A stretch of 51,810 nt of DNA, filler included, from Bipalium vagum (Eukaryota), in NCBI GenBank assembly GCA_037834085.1. It is 3 parts of 3 records of this genome, joined end to end, with 100 filler letters (N's around TTAATTAATTAA, not from the genome) between each part and the next. Parts side by side here need not be neighbours in the genome. Positions count along the whole stretch, not along the records: positions 1 to 17,007 come from JBBMKC010083116.1; positions 17,108 to 33,935 come from JBBMKC010091717.1; 1 more part is not named here. One strand, 5' to 3'. Below the pieces are notes generated by a model. The model was not told the origin of the DNA. It did not search any database and saw only the letters and a list, made by a program, of their open reading frames with translations. The stretch's first letter is position 1; every line of letters begins with the position of its first letter. Positions 11,202 to 22,845 of this stretch are shown piece after piece. The position numbers were made by a program, and so were the translations under genes.

Positions 11202-11904
11202 GGGAAAATGTTTTTTTTACCTACTGCAATATTGTAAGTCAAATTATACACATTGGGTGATGAACAGGTCATTTTTCACATTGCATAAATTAAAGTTATA
11301 TTAGATTATTTTTTACAACTATGCGATATCATAAAAAATGTTGATATAAGCAGGTTGTTTAGTATTTCATAAATACATTTATAGATCAGTTCGTATCAAA
11401 TTTCAAGCCAAACTAATGGAGAATATAAAAATATATTTTCATAAAATTCCTATCTTGTTAGGTGGTCCAAATAAAATAGTTCAGATTGATTAAGCGATGT
11501 TAAACCACAAGGCTAAAGCTCATCGACTAAGATGCAGATTACAGCTACAAGCCTGGGAATTTTGAACCAAAAATTATATCCTTCCAATCATACACAGAAT
11601 AGTTAGACAAGGCAGCACAATGTACACTGATGAGGCAAGAGTATATCGTGAATTAAACAAAATATGTATATATGAATCGATTTGTCATAAATATTAGTTT
11701 GTTGATTATGATCGCAATGTCCACACTCAGAATGTCGAAAGCTGCAACAATAAGATCAAAGAAAGGCTGAAGGCTATGCATCTAGCATATAATTTCCTCA
11801 AGGTTATTTGTCTTTAAGAATTTCTTCTTATTATTGATATTGGTTTTTTATTGTAGGTCAAAAAACATAGGTAATTTTGTAGGTCATAAAAAAACATTGT
11901 TACT
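11202..11904 (+). mobile_element. Decayed Merlin / IS1595-like element with terminal inverted motifs
   Basis: LGGPNKIVQID*AMLNHK, ILPIIHRIVRQGSTMYTDE, ICHKY*FVD, VHTQNVESCNNKIK; left ATGTTTTTTTTACCTAC is inverted relative to two right-end GTAGGTCA(T)AAAAAACAT copies. Confidence 0.88.
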
Positions 11905-12884
11905 TTTAGGTAACAAAATTAAAGAATTTTCTAAGTATTAATGATGAATATACTGTACAGCCCTGACCTGACAAGGCCAGATTTTCATTTCTTTAGATCT
12001 CTGTCGAACTCTACATAAGGTCAAGCTCAGTTTCTGTAGGAAAGCGAAGAATAATCTGTCTAATTCATTCTTTAAATAAAAAGATCTTTTTCAATTTTTA
12101 TGACTAGGTTTTCATTTTTGTTAAAAATTGATTTCAACACTTCCAGAAGTGAAGAATTATTACAGTGTATTGTTTTCCAAATAATCCTTCAGGCATTGTT
12201 GATGACAAATGAAACTAAAACTGGGTGTGATAAGTCTATTGTTTGAGAATGATTAATTTTAATATTTTACAGATTGTTGATTCTTTAGAAACCTTACTAT
12301 TTTTATTTAGTTTTTAATTTTTCAACTAATTATGGATATTAATTGTAGTCATCATCTGTGGCCATTCATCTTCATTAGTTTGACAAATATAATGTAACAT
12401 TGAATTAAATTAATTTATTATTTCTCGAAGGAAAAGGAAAATAACTAAATCATAAACAATTTGAAACTGTGACTGCGGAATTATTAATGAAATGAATTGA
12501 TTTTTTGTCAATGGAAATTATTGTATGTCAGAAATATTTTCAATTTTCGTTTATTTTTTAAAAGATTCTTTAGTTTTTATTTAAAATGAAGATCTCTACT
12601 ACTTTAATTTTTATTTCTATTTAAATTAATCTTAAATGTTGTTCTTTCGTAATAATAAGTACATTAATAAATAATAATAAATACTTTTATTTAATTTATG
12701 AGATTGATATACTCCATTTTTATTAATGAATTTAAGTGGTAAGTCTAAACGTTAGTGAGACTCTATCGGAAATAATGAAGGTACTCAAATAAAATTTTGC
12801 ATGTAAAATACTTATCATGTATAAGTACAAAATAAACGATTGGTTAATTTATTTTTATTTTTATTTTCAAATTAATTCAAAAAA

Positions 12885-13330
12885 ATTCTCGAAAAATTAG
12901 AATTTCACAGTGTGATCTTTTTTTTATTGAAAGTGTTAAGAAGGAAAATTATTAATTAGCTTCAAGAGTTATACGGTGAAGAAGTCCCATCTTAGGCCAT
13001 CATTTATAACTGGATCCCAGAATTTTCATCTGGTTGAACAAGTATTTTTCGATGTAACTAAAAATGGAATGATAATTGAAACTCCATTAATTAGTGAAGA
13101 AATTACTAAAAAAATTTGAAACATATTGTAACAAATGAAAGAAAAATTACTCAAACTCAGCTATCTGAAAAGCTAAATTTATGTAAATGAACCATCCAGC
13201 TGTTTCTAGAACAAATGAGAATCCGAAAATTATGTATCAGTTTCGTGCCAAGATCTTTAACAGATTAGATAATGGCTAGACGAAAAATGGTTGATGATAT
13301 ATTGTATTTTTGATCCCACAACGAGAAGAA
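12885..13330 (+). mobile_element. Mariner-like transposase N-terminal relic
   Basis: EKLEFHSVI, QELYGEEVPS*ATIYNW, MRIRKLCISFVPRSLT (WVPR-like motif). Confidence 0.7.
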
Positions 13331-13519
13331 TTATAAAAGAAGATTTTAATTTAAAGTTAAGAGCAATAACCAAACATTAGATTTCTAGAAATTTCACTCT
13401 AAGTTTCAAAATTTGAAAGGTATAAGAAAATAAAGTTGACACTAATTGAATGAAACAGAAAGAAATATTTTGTTAGATTCTGATGAGAAATATTTCAATG
13501 GAAAAAGTTTGAAATAGTA

Positions 13520-14152
13520 GAAATGAAAGGTACACGTGAGGGATGTCACAGATCACATTAAAAGCATTACCAGGTCAAGAAAACCAAGTCATGATATGAT
13601 TTTTGTAATGGTGTCATCAAACGGTAAAAGATGACAGTTATTTTTTGACAAGGGCTTTAAACTAAATAAATCTGATGATATTGCAGGAAAATATATTTAT
13701 GGGTTTGAGCTAACTATGATGATATGTAAAAAGTCATTTTGACCAAAGTTGGAGCTCGAAGAGTACCAACCATGGTTCAAAGAAAATGTAAACTTCTGAG
13801 ATAAATCAATACGACCTCCTAGCTTACTTGATATTAATCCTCTAGATATCTAAATTTGGGATTTTGTTCAGGTAGAGGCCTTCAAAGTACAACATTCCAT
13901 TTTGAAGTCTCTAAAGAAATTTATAAGGAAGGCATAGAGCAATCTATATAAGGAGTACATTCTCAAGACTTACTCCAAATTCAGGCCCAGTGTTCAATGT
14001 TGTATTAGATGCGGGTGAAGATCTTGTTGAATATTTGTTTTCTGTGTGTATAATGTACTAAAATAAAATGTTTTTAAAATTAGTTTTCAATAAAACTTTT
14101 AATAAAATTAATTGTTATATTCTTGGGTACTATTTTACTTTAACAACCCTGT
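13520..14152 (+). mobile_element. Tc1/mariner-superfamily relic (maT/DD37D-like 3' half) ending in a CAACCCTGT terminus
   Basis: QPWFKENVNF*DKSIRPPSLLDINPLDI*IWDFV resembles WPPSSPDLNPLD; right end ...TTTAACAACCCTGT. Confidence 0.7.
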
Positions 14153-14169
14153 GTTAAAAGCAGACCAAT

Positions 14170-14368
14170 CATGACACAGGGTTATTTTTATATTTTATTT
14201 TATATAGCTATTTATGTTGTTAAAGTAAAATGGAACCTAATAAACTATGCTAATAAAGGAACCATCATCACGTCTTATTGGAAAATTGATTTGTATGACA
14301 TAATTAGGTTCTATTTTACTCTAACAACATAAATGGCCTATATAATATAAAATACATCCCTTGTATGA
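14170..14368. mobile_element. MITE-like inverted-repeat element
   Basis: Arms 14201-14241 and 14303-14344 are near reverse complements, with degenerate outer extensions (ACAGGG...CCCTTGT). Confidence 0.75.
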
Positions 14369-17007
14369 CAGTCATAAGTTATAATTTATTAATTATCTCA
14401 ATATTCATGTTAACAATAACTGATATAATAATTATTCAATAAGTTTTATAGAATGTTTTCAATAATCAATTATTTATAATATTACAATAACCGAAATTCT
14501 TGTATTAAAGATATAATTATAATAGATAACTTTACTAAAGTGACTAAAATCATTTTAAATATTAATTAGAATTATTTACTTCTCACAATAAAATATTAAT
14601 AACTTTATATTTTAGATAATAATAAAACTGTTATTATCATCTCCTTGGATGTAAAATTTTTAAAAACCGCATAGAATATTTCATTTAACGTAGGTTAAGA
14701 TAACCCATTTACCTAATGAATGTCTGCTCAATTCTATTGTTGCTTTCAAGATTGATGATAAATGATATTTTTAAGACAATAGGGAAAGAAAATATAGGAT
14801 TTTTATTAAAGAAATGTTTCAATGCGTATATTTATCATAAATTATTTGTTAAAAGTAACTAAATTTTTTTAAAAATTTATTTACAATAAAAAATGCCGAA
14901 TTTTTTCAAACTAAATATATTTTAAAAAAATTATAATTAAATTGTTCATAAAACTAAGTCTTAGTGATAACAGTTACGTGTTATGTAATTATGTGTTGTT
15001 TGAATAAATACTTTTATAACTCTGATGTTTTTTCAATATGTAGTAAAGAAGAACTAACTATAATTATTATACAACTTAATTTGTTTTTAAGTAAAAAACA
15101 AAAGTTCATAATTTTCACATTTTTCCAAATGAAAAAAATATAAGAATCGTCTAAAGCGAAGAAGTAATATCTGGTGTCTAATTGTCCATGAAATTTTAAA
15201 GATTAAATTATCTAAAAATACGTGGTTACTGTTTTAGAAAATCAATTTAATAACAATTAGATTAAATTAGAAACATTTTCCAGATAAAGAGACAAAATGT
15301 GAAAGGTGCAAAAAGCACATCTATTTATTCAAAAGAGCTATTACTCTAGAAGAAATGCACTGAAGAAAGTGGATCAAAGTGGAGAATATATTTCGAAGAT
15401 AGCAAAAAAAATCTAAAGAATAGAATCTCGTACTTAAATCAATGTTCGTATTAGGAGAGTTTTGTGATAATTATCACAAAAACCATGAAATCAAAGGGAT
15501 TATCATGTACAAAGGTTATTGAGAATCTCCTCCTAAAGTTCGAAAGCTTTGGTTAGCCAAAAGCGACTACAAAGAAGAGATTTTGCAAAGGATAATTCTA
15601 ACAGCTTAAAGTAAAAATTTATTGCTTCGAAAAGTTTGATTCAAATTAATTTAACTAAATAATGCGTAATAAATTTTTAGTTCACAGCTAATTTAGATGA
15701 ACTGATTCAATAATAGATCTAAATTACTCCAATGAGTACAATTGAAAAAATACGTTTTCTTTTTTTTCGTATAAAAATAAAAATTGATTTAAATACCAAA
15801 AATTGGAAATTCTCTTCTAAGACTTATCACTTACCACTTATTGTTGTTCTTCATTTCTTCTCTTTCTGTGTCCTACATGCCATTAAGGTGACTAAAATAT
15901 TCATTTGTATCACAATAAATTAATCACTCTTTGTAAATCTCTTCAAATTTCTTTAAATATTAATGCACAATTACCTCACAACAAAAATAAACTTACATTT
16001 AATATTGTTCATTACTTTGTTTTAAAAGTAATGCTCAACTTTGCTCAACTTTACTAATCACTTTACTTCTTACTGTTGCTTCTATATTTCACTTTCGTTC
16101 TCAACACTAGTTGATTTTACTACTCCAAAGTATTTCTTACTTACTAAAACTATTTTTCACTTATTTCAAATTTAGGCAGCTCTGCTTCTTTATTAAATAT
16201 GAAATCACAGAGCACTTGTGACTTGCCAAATCCCGATGCACATTGAAATTCATTTTCATTTCACCTCAGCACCATTCAGTTATTAATTTATTTCATCCAA
16301 AATATATCCTAGTGCTAAACTAAAGGTATCATCACTGCCAACCATCTAATTAGCAAGCATGAAACTACTATACTTTACTCATCTCCTCTTTTCCATTAAC
16401 TAATGGAGTACCATAAGTTTCAATATGAGCCTTAATTGAAAAAGCTCTGAAAGCAAAATAGAAAATAATTCTCCTTCCTGTCTCTCAGACAGACGGCAGA
16501 CTAATTGTAAAAGCCTCTGATTTTTGGCGTAATTAAAAGAAATACGAAAATTTTCTTTAAAACCAAAACTTTTTTATTAATAAAACCGTTAATTAAAATT
16601 ATTTATTACACAGTAATAAACAAGGTCTAAGATAGTAAGTTAACTTGTTGAACTTCATTTTCATGATAAAAATAATTATACACAAAAGGAATAGCATGTG
16701 GCAACTTTTAGAAAAAGGCTTTTTAAAATTTGAGATCAGACATTTTTAGAGCAGATTTCACAAAGTTAAATATTTTTGCCATAATCAATATTATTATTAT
16801 ATTTTCCTGTTGCAACTAACATTAATATTAATGTTGAAATTAATCAATACTGCGTAATACGTAATAATATGTTATAAAATAGAAAACTGTCTGATCAAGA
16901 AAAATACTAGAGTTTCAGATGCATAATTAAAACAAGAATCATTTAACCATATAATCCAACAGTTTAAGTTGTCATTTTAAACATTTCTATTAATTTATAT
17001 ATATATA

Positions 17008-17107
17008 NNNNNNNNNNNNNNNNNNNNNNNNNNNNNNNNNNNNNNNNNNNNTTAATTAATTAANNNNNNNNNNNNNNNNNNNNNNNNNNNNNNNNNNNNN
17101 NNNNNNN
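17008..17107. other. Artificial contig linker N44-TTAATTAATTAA-N44
   Basis: Exactly 100 nt; the palindromic 12-mer gives stops in all six frames; identical to the second linker. Confidence 0.97.
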
Positions 17108-17488
17108 CAAATGTTTAGCTAGAATAATGTTAAATATTAATTTATTTAAACAAAAACTACTTAGTATTTAATATGTTAAAAATAAAAAAAAGCTTCTTTT
17201 AGAAGACCCTGTACATGATAATAAAATGTTACAATATTTGTTTAAAATGAACTTTACCTTAAAAATGTTTTACTTTTACTTTATTAATGTCATATTTTAT
17301 GAATAATTTTGTAACCCATTAGTAATTTTTTGAAAGATTTCGTTGGTGAAAAACCATTTTTCATTACGATAGCTGCAGGTGACAAATTGCAAATTTTGCT
17401 TTACAATGGATGCAATAAATATAAACTAAAGTCAAAAATTACCTGATCTACATCTCATAGAAAACATATGGAGATTACTTGCCCATTA

Positions 17489-17602
17489 TGAGATAAATTG
17501 AAGTTTAGTCGGGGTTTGTAGCTGTACGGTCAGAGCAGTCCCTGCGTATGTGAAAGATCCTGGGCTCGAATCCAGGTATCTCCGATTAATATTCAACTAA
17601 CA
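17489..17602 (+). repeat. tRNA-Ala-like repeat copy 1 (tRNA-like core 17511-17583)
   Basis: GGGGTTTGTAGCTGTACGGTCAGAGC...GATCCTGGGCTCGAATCCAGGTATCTCC with A-box and B-box-like motifs; flanks homologous to copy 2; the anticodon arm does not pair. Confidence 0.75.
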
Positions 17603-19650
17603 CCCACCAAGCTTATTCTGCAGTTATTTTTAGTTGGAAGAAATGGAGCAAAATTTTTTAGAAAGTCATTGATTTTATATTAAAATTTGCAGGGTAAAGA
17701 GACTTTCAGTGTCAAAATTTCATAAAAGATTGTTATATTCAATTTTGATAAAAGTTAACTGCCTATAGCAACACAAAATTGCAATATTTCTTGGCGCGTA
17801 AATAAACTTGTGTCGTACTGTACAATAAAAATATTTTGATTATTCAAATATAAAACTTTTATTGCAAGAAATCTTACAATATTGATTTAAAGTTTATCTA
17901 ATGATTATTACACGTGCACAGGTGCAACTGCTTCATTTTATTCTTACGTAATTACCTTTTGAATAAAGAAATTTTTGCAATTTGTGTTGTTTTATATGAA
18001 GTACCGCTTAAGTCCGCTTGTCTATGTATATTTGTTACTATTTTATGAAGTGAACAAAAAATTTATTATCTCGAGGTTTAGATGACAAAATATTTGTAAA
18101 AAACCACAAACGATTTTTTTGATTTTGATTTTTTTTTGTTGTGCAAAGCAAAAATAATTGATTGATTCAATGAATGTAACTCAAAAAACAATTCACGATA
18201 TGACAAAGAGATTAACTTATGAATTTACAGAAAAAAACGAAGGCAAAAGAAAATCTAATTCCAAATGTTGATTAAAATGAGCAAATGAAGTCCTTTGTAC
18301 ATAGAATAATTAATTACTGGAGGAGGAATAGGAATTTATTTAAGCGTTTGAGATCCATACCAGCAGAAAATTTCAGCCTCCAAAAATGTTATTCGGTAAT
18401 ATAAACAATTGAAACCAGGAGAACTTTACGCCAACCGTAACATTATAAAGTTTACTTCGACTTTTCCTTTAATCCTTGAAATTTATCTCTATATCTTTAT
18501 GGTCATACTTTTGTTCAAATTTATACTCAATTTATTTGGTAGTTAAAATCATTTCTGAAACGTGAGCCATCAACTCTTGGATAATGTAAGAGGAAAGCCT
18601 AACATAATATTACACTGAATACTTCCAAATATAGTAAAAAGATTCTCATAAAATATTGAAAAGTCATCTGAACAAAAAAAAATAATCGCTACAATATTAT
18701 TTCTTGTGATAAACATTTGGTTTCTAACTATTATGTTATTACAATAATAAAAATTGACAGATTTAATACTAATTTTTCAACCAATAATTACAATTGATTT
18801 CATTGGACGACTTGATGAACAAATTTAAACAAATTAAGATAGCGTTATTTTCTTATTATTTTGTTTTAATCATTATACATTTACATACCATACATTTCTA
18901 AAACTTCTTCCTTTTCTCTTTTCTTAAGTCTTCCTTTATATCTTGAAAAAAATCACCCATATTTGAAATAATAAAAAAAAGATCATTCCAAAGATTATAT
19001 TATTTACTTTGTATTTCTGTCTAAATATACGCTTCATTAAAAACACATTCAGTGGAATTTTTCTTAATCTTAATTAATATAATTTAAAGTTTTCTAATAC
19101 TTTTATTATTATTATTAATATTAATAATATTATTATTACTTTCATTAATAATATTATTTCTTTCATTGTAAAGAAAATTATAAAATAAGAAATCCATAAA
19201 AACATTCAATAATAAAAAGCATAGCTCCAAACCCAAAGCCTGTAACAGATTTTAAACATTTTGTCAAAATTTCAATCCTCCTAAGTAGAATTATGGATTA
19301 CATAATGGCCATATGTTACAATATTATTGAAACAAATCAATTCTTATGATCTACAGTGATTAAATTACTGATCTCTGATTATAGCAAATTTTATCTAAGA
19401 CTTATTAAATGGTTTGTAGAATTGATATTGGCATGGTCTATCAATATGTGCAATCATTAAAAAAAAATATAATAACATTGATTTCGATTATTCTTAGGAA
19501 ATTTTAATAAAATCAATTTAGAAAATATTATATTACTTGCAGATAATAATGTCATTATCTAATTACTCTAACTATTAAAAAATAGTTTTTAGGAAATATA
19601 ATGAAATTATCTATTAATGGTAATTTTTAATTCATAATATTTTAATATTA

Positions 19651-19653
<3 letters not shown>

Positions 19654-19701
<48 letters not shown>

Positions 19702-19717
19702 GTAATGGTAATAATAA
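19654..19717. repeat. (AAT)n microsatellite
   Basis: Trinucleotide run with two GGT variants. Confidence 0.95.
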
Positions 19718-20179
19718 TTCACTAAAAAAAATATAATTAATAATATAAATAATTTTATAAATCATAGCATTATTCAGTAAAATTTATGAAAAAAGAATGG
19801 AAATGATTTCAATAAAGATATAAAAAGATATTTATATAATCTCAAAATTATTTGGTAATTTTCCGAAAAGTACTTTTTAAGAAAGATATCGGATTTACAG
19901 ACTGTATTTGTAACAGTTGTTTTAATACAACTGTTTCCTTCTTCGCTTTCAGATATTCAGAAAAGGAAAGATTTTATAATAATTAGGCGAAACCTCCAAA
20001 TGAAATTAAAATTTATTCATTTCAATTTTAATTTGACCTCTAAACTGTACATTTGCACTAATGCAAAAATAAAGGAGCCAACTGTTATCTATTATTGTAC
20101 AACAAAAATGTTGTCATGAAATTTTATCCATTGAATTTATGTAAACATAAAATATTGTCCTATTTATATAATAATATAC

Positions 20180-20985
20180 AATGTTACATTTAAAACTTTA
20201 CTTTACTTGACGGGTTTTTTACAACAGGTTTTTTTTTAGTGTTTTTGGTTACCCTATGTTATTACAAAACTGAAACTGAAAATATTTTTTTTACGAGAAA
20301 AAGTTTTTTAAAAAATTCTTATTTTGTGCAGATTGCTTTTTCGACAAGTAATGGTATAAGAATTCTAAAACAGTGATAATTTCACTGTGACTTTCATTAT
20401 TTTTCTGAATTCTTCATTTTGACCAATATACTCCTTTTATTTAATTTCTCTAACATTTGCTCTTGAATTCTCCAGTTGGATAAGCGTAATAACCATATTC
20501 GAGTTTTCTACATAATTAACTGTATTATTTAACATATCACTTTACCTTACTTTACAAATAATATTACCAGTTTTAATATAAATTAAAATATTTAAACAAA
20601 ACTTAATTTTTCAATTCATTTTTTATTGATATATTGATTTTTGCAAAACAGTTTTTATTATAGATTTTTATTATAATAAGAAGAAGAAAAAGAAAAATGG
20701 TAAATTAATCTAGCCAGGTATACGTTTCAGAAGTTATGTAAGATTTTTGGATTAGAAATAATAAAAAATCGATAAATAAAAAAAAATTGATTTAGATTTC
20801 TTATACCATTACAAATCCAGAAAATAAAATTTTTTAAACAAATTCCACATAAAAAAGAATTTTAAAAAAAACTAAAAAATATTTTTCCTGTTTCAGTCTA
20901 TTAGTACCATTAAGTAATAAATAACACAAGAAGACCTTTCAAGCAGTTGAGTAAAGTGGAGTTGTACCACTTTCAGTAATATATT
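20180..20985. mobile_element. Foldback/MITE-like element with long degenerate inverted arms
   Basis: GTAATGGTATAAGAATTCTAAA (20348-20369) vs TTTAGATTTCTTATACCATTAC (20791-20812), plus further colinear inverted blocks outward. Confidence 0.65.
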
Positions 20986-21479
20986 ACCGTTTTTTTCATT
21001 AAAACAAACCTAATATTTTTAACATTAAATGTATAATTTCATAAAGAATTTATTATTTTGTTTGTTCGAATCGCTTCGTATTTTTTTAAAGAAAAATATT
21101 TTTATTTAAAAGGATCACTTTTTAAAGTAGAGAAATATTTTGAAACTTTGTCATAAAATTTGACATTTAATATTTTCCTACTAAATTCTATTCACTTTCT
21201 TTTTGAAAAGATTTGTGCGATCAATTTTTTTGATCCGCCCGATAAAAAACCAGTTGTTTTTAGAACTTTTGAAATAATTTTTGTGTAAAAGTAAGATTAT
21301 CATTACTAGTACTATTTGCGTTAGCCCTTCGAAAAAATCATTAGATAATTAATACAGAGTTGGTTAAATCGATTCACTGAGCCATTTGATAATATACATT
21401 ATAATTCAAATCAAATCCATTTGTTATAATAATTTCAACTTGATAAAGTAATTATTCAAATTTTCATTAGATGTTAATA

Positions 21480-22060
21480 TATTCAAAATGTTTAGATCGA
21501 AACAAGTGAACATTTATTTTATCCAAAGATCATTTGCAGGTTCTTTTTTTATTAATTTATAATCAACAAAAGCGCTGTAGAAAGCTACCGGATACTTTAT
21601 GAGGTTTTTGGAAAACAGGTAGTTACTCAGAATACTTACGAACTCTTCAGAAATAATGATTTTAGTTGAAAGGGTAGAAAACGTTCAGGTCGGCCTTCCA
21701 AATTAGAAGACCAAAATTTTAATGCAAGTGTCAAAAACAAACTACCATAAGATTAGGTGTGCATAACTGCATGATATGGAAAAGCTTTTTAAGAAAAGAG
21801 AATGTGTGCTTTACCAATTGGAGGAATGACAAGTAGTAGTTAGTGAGATGTTGTTACAACGGTATGAAAAAGTATATCTTACATTGAATTTTGGCAGAAA
21901 ATGAAACACGGCTTTATCATGAAAATCTCAAATGCACGAAATCATGGGATAACTCAAGTTAGGGGTCAAAATGAGTTTCTTGAACCATGTGAAACTGTTA
22001 AGTTTGAGTGCTACTAAAACCAATTAGTCCAGTTTAATCAATATTTAATTGAAATTATAA
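21480..22060 (+). mobile_element. Mariner (Mos1-like) transposase relic
   Basis: KSAVESYRILYEVFG, FRNNDFS..RSGRPSKLED, LH*ILAENETRLYHEN.K..KSW; many stops and frameshifts. Confidence 0.75.
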
Positions 22061-22329
22061 TAATGCATCAAGAACAAACAAAGAAAATTTTACAAAAAAA
22101 TATTGGTTGATTTAAAACATTATCTTACTCAAATAATATTATTAATAAAAATAAATATTTGTCTTAAGAAATATTTTTCTAGTTAAGATTCTTAATGAAA
22201 TTTCAGTAACTTCAAAATATTTGTTTTAATAATATAAAGTATTAATAAATAAATTTCTAAAACAATTTAACTCGTGTCAAATGTTAATTCTTTTTAAATA
22301 TAAATTAAGTTATTATTTTACACCGTTAC

Positions 22330-22547
22330 GTATTGTGTGTTAAAAATTTGAAGAAATTGACCAATCAGAATTAGTGATTGATTAGTTAAATTCATTATTA
22401 TGAAAATTAAATTATAATTATAGTTAATAATATGGTATAAATTTGATTAATTTTAAATTAATCTTCAATACATTAGTTTAACAAATTTAAACAAACCACA
22501 GCTCAATTCTGATTGGTCAATTTATTCAGTTTTTTCATACAGGGTAC
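22330..22547. mobile_element. MITE-like palindrome with CCAAT-containing arms
   Basis: AAATTGACCAATCAGAATT (to 22372) vs AATTCTGATTGGTCAATTT (from 22505): 19-bp perfect inverted core within arms of about 30-40 bp. Confidence 0.75.
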
Positions 22548-22845
22548 ATAAAAGTTAATTGTACCGAACTCTGATTTAATTAATTAAAAATCAATTCGAT
22601 TTTTTGAAAAATGGTAAAACCACTAAATTATTTATTATAACATAAATTTGAAACTAAAATGACAAAATAAAGGTCTACAGTTTAATATATTTATTCAGTC
22701 TTAATAAATGTCAATTAATTCAAACAAAAATGATTAAAGGAAAACCGAAAGAACAACTCAAACTGGAATTATTATTTGAGAATTTTTAAAATTGGATAAT
22801 TAATATATCAAAGTTTGTACATTTTCAAAATTGGGTTTACGGTTT

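Noticed and set aside
17052-17063. TTAATTAATTAA as a biological motif
   Set aside because: It is centred in symmetric N44 runs in both cases, which marks a synthetic six-frame stop spacer.
17511-17583. Functional tRNA-Ala gene
   Set aside because: The anticodon arm does not pair and the D-arm is mismatched; the second copy lacks part of the T-arm.
17108-22800. Further vigilin KH exons
   Set aside because: No KH-like translation with splice sites was seen by eye; a small exon cannot be fully excluded.
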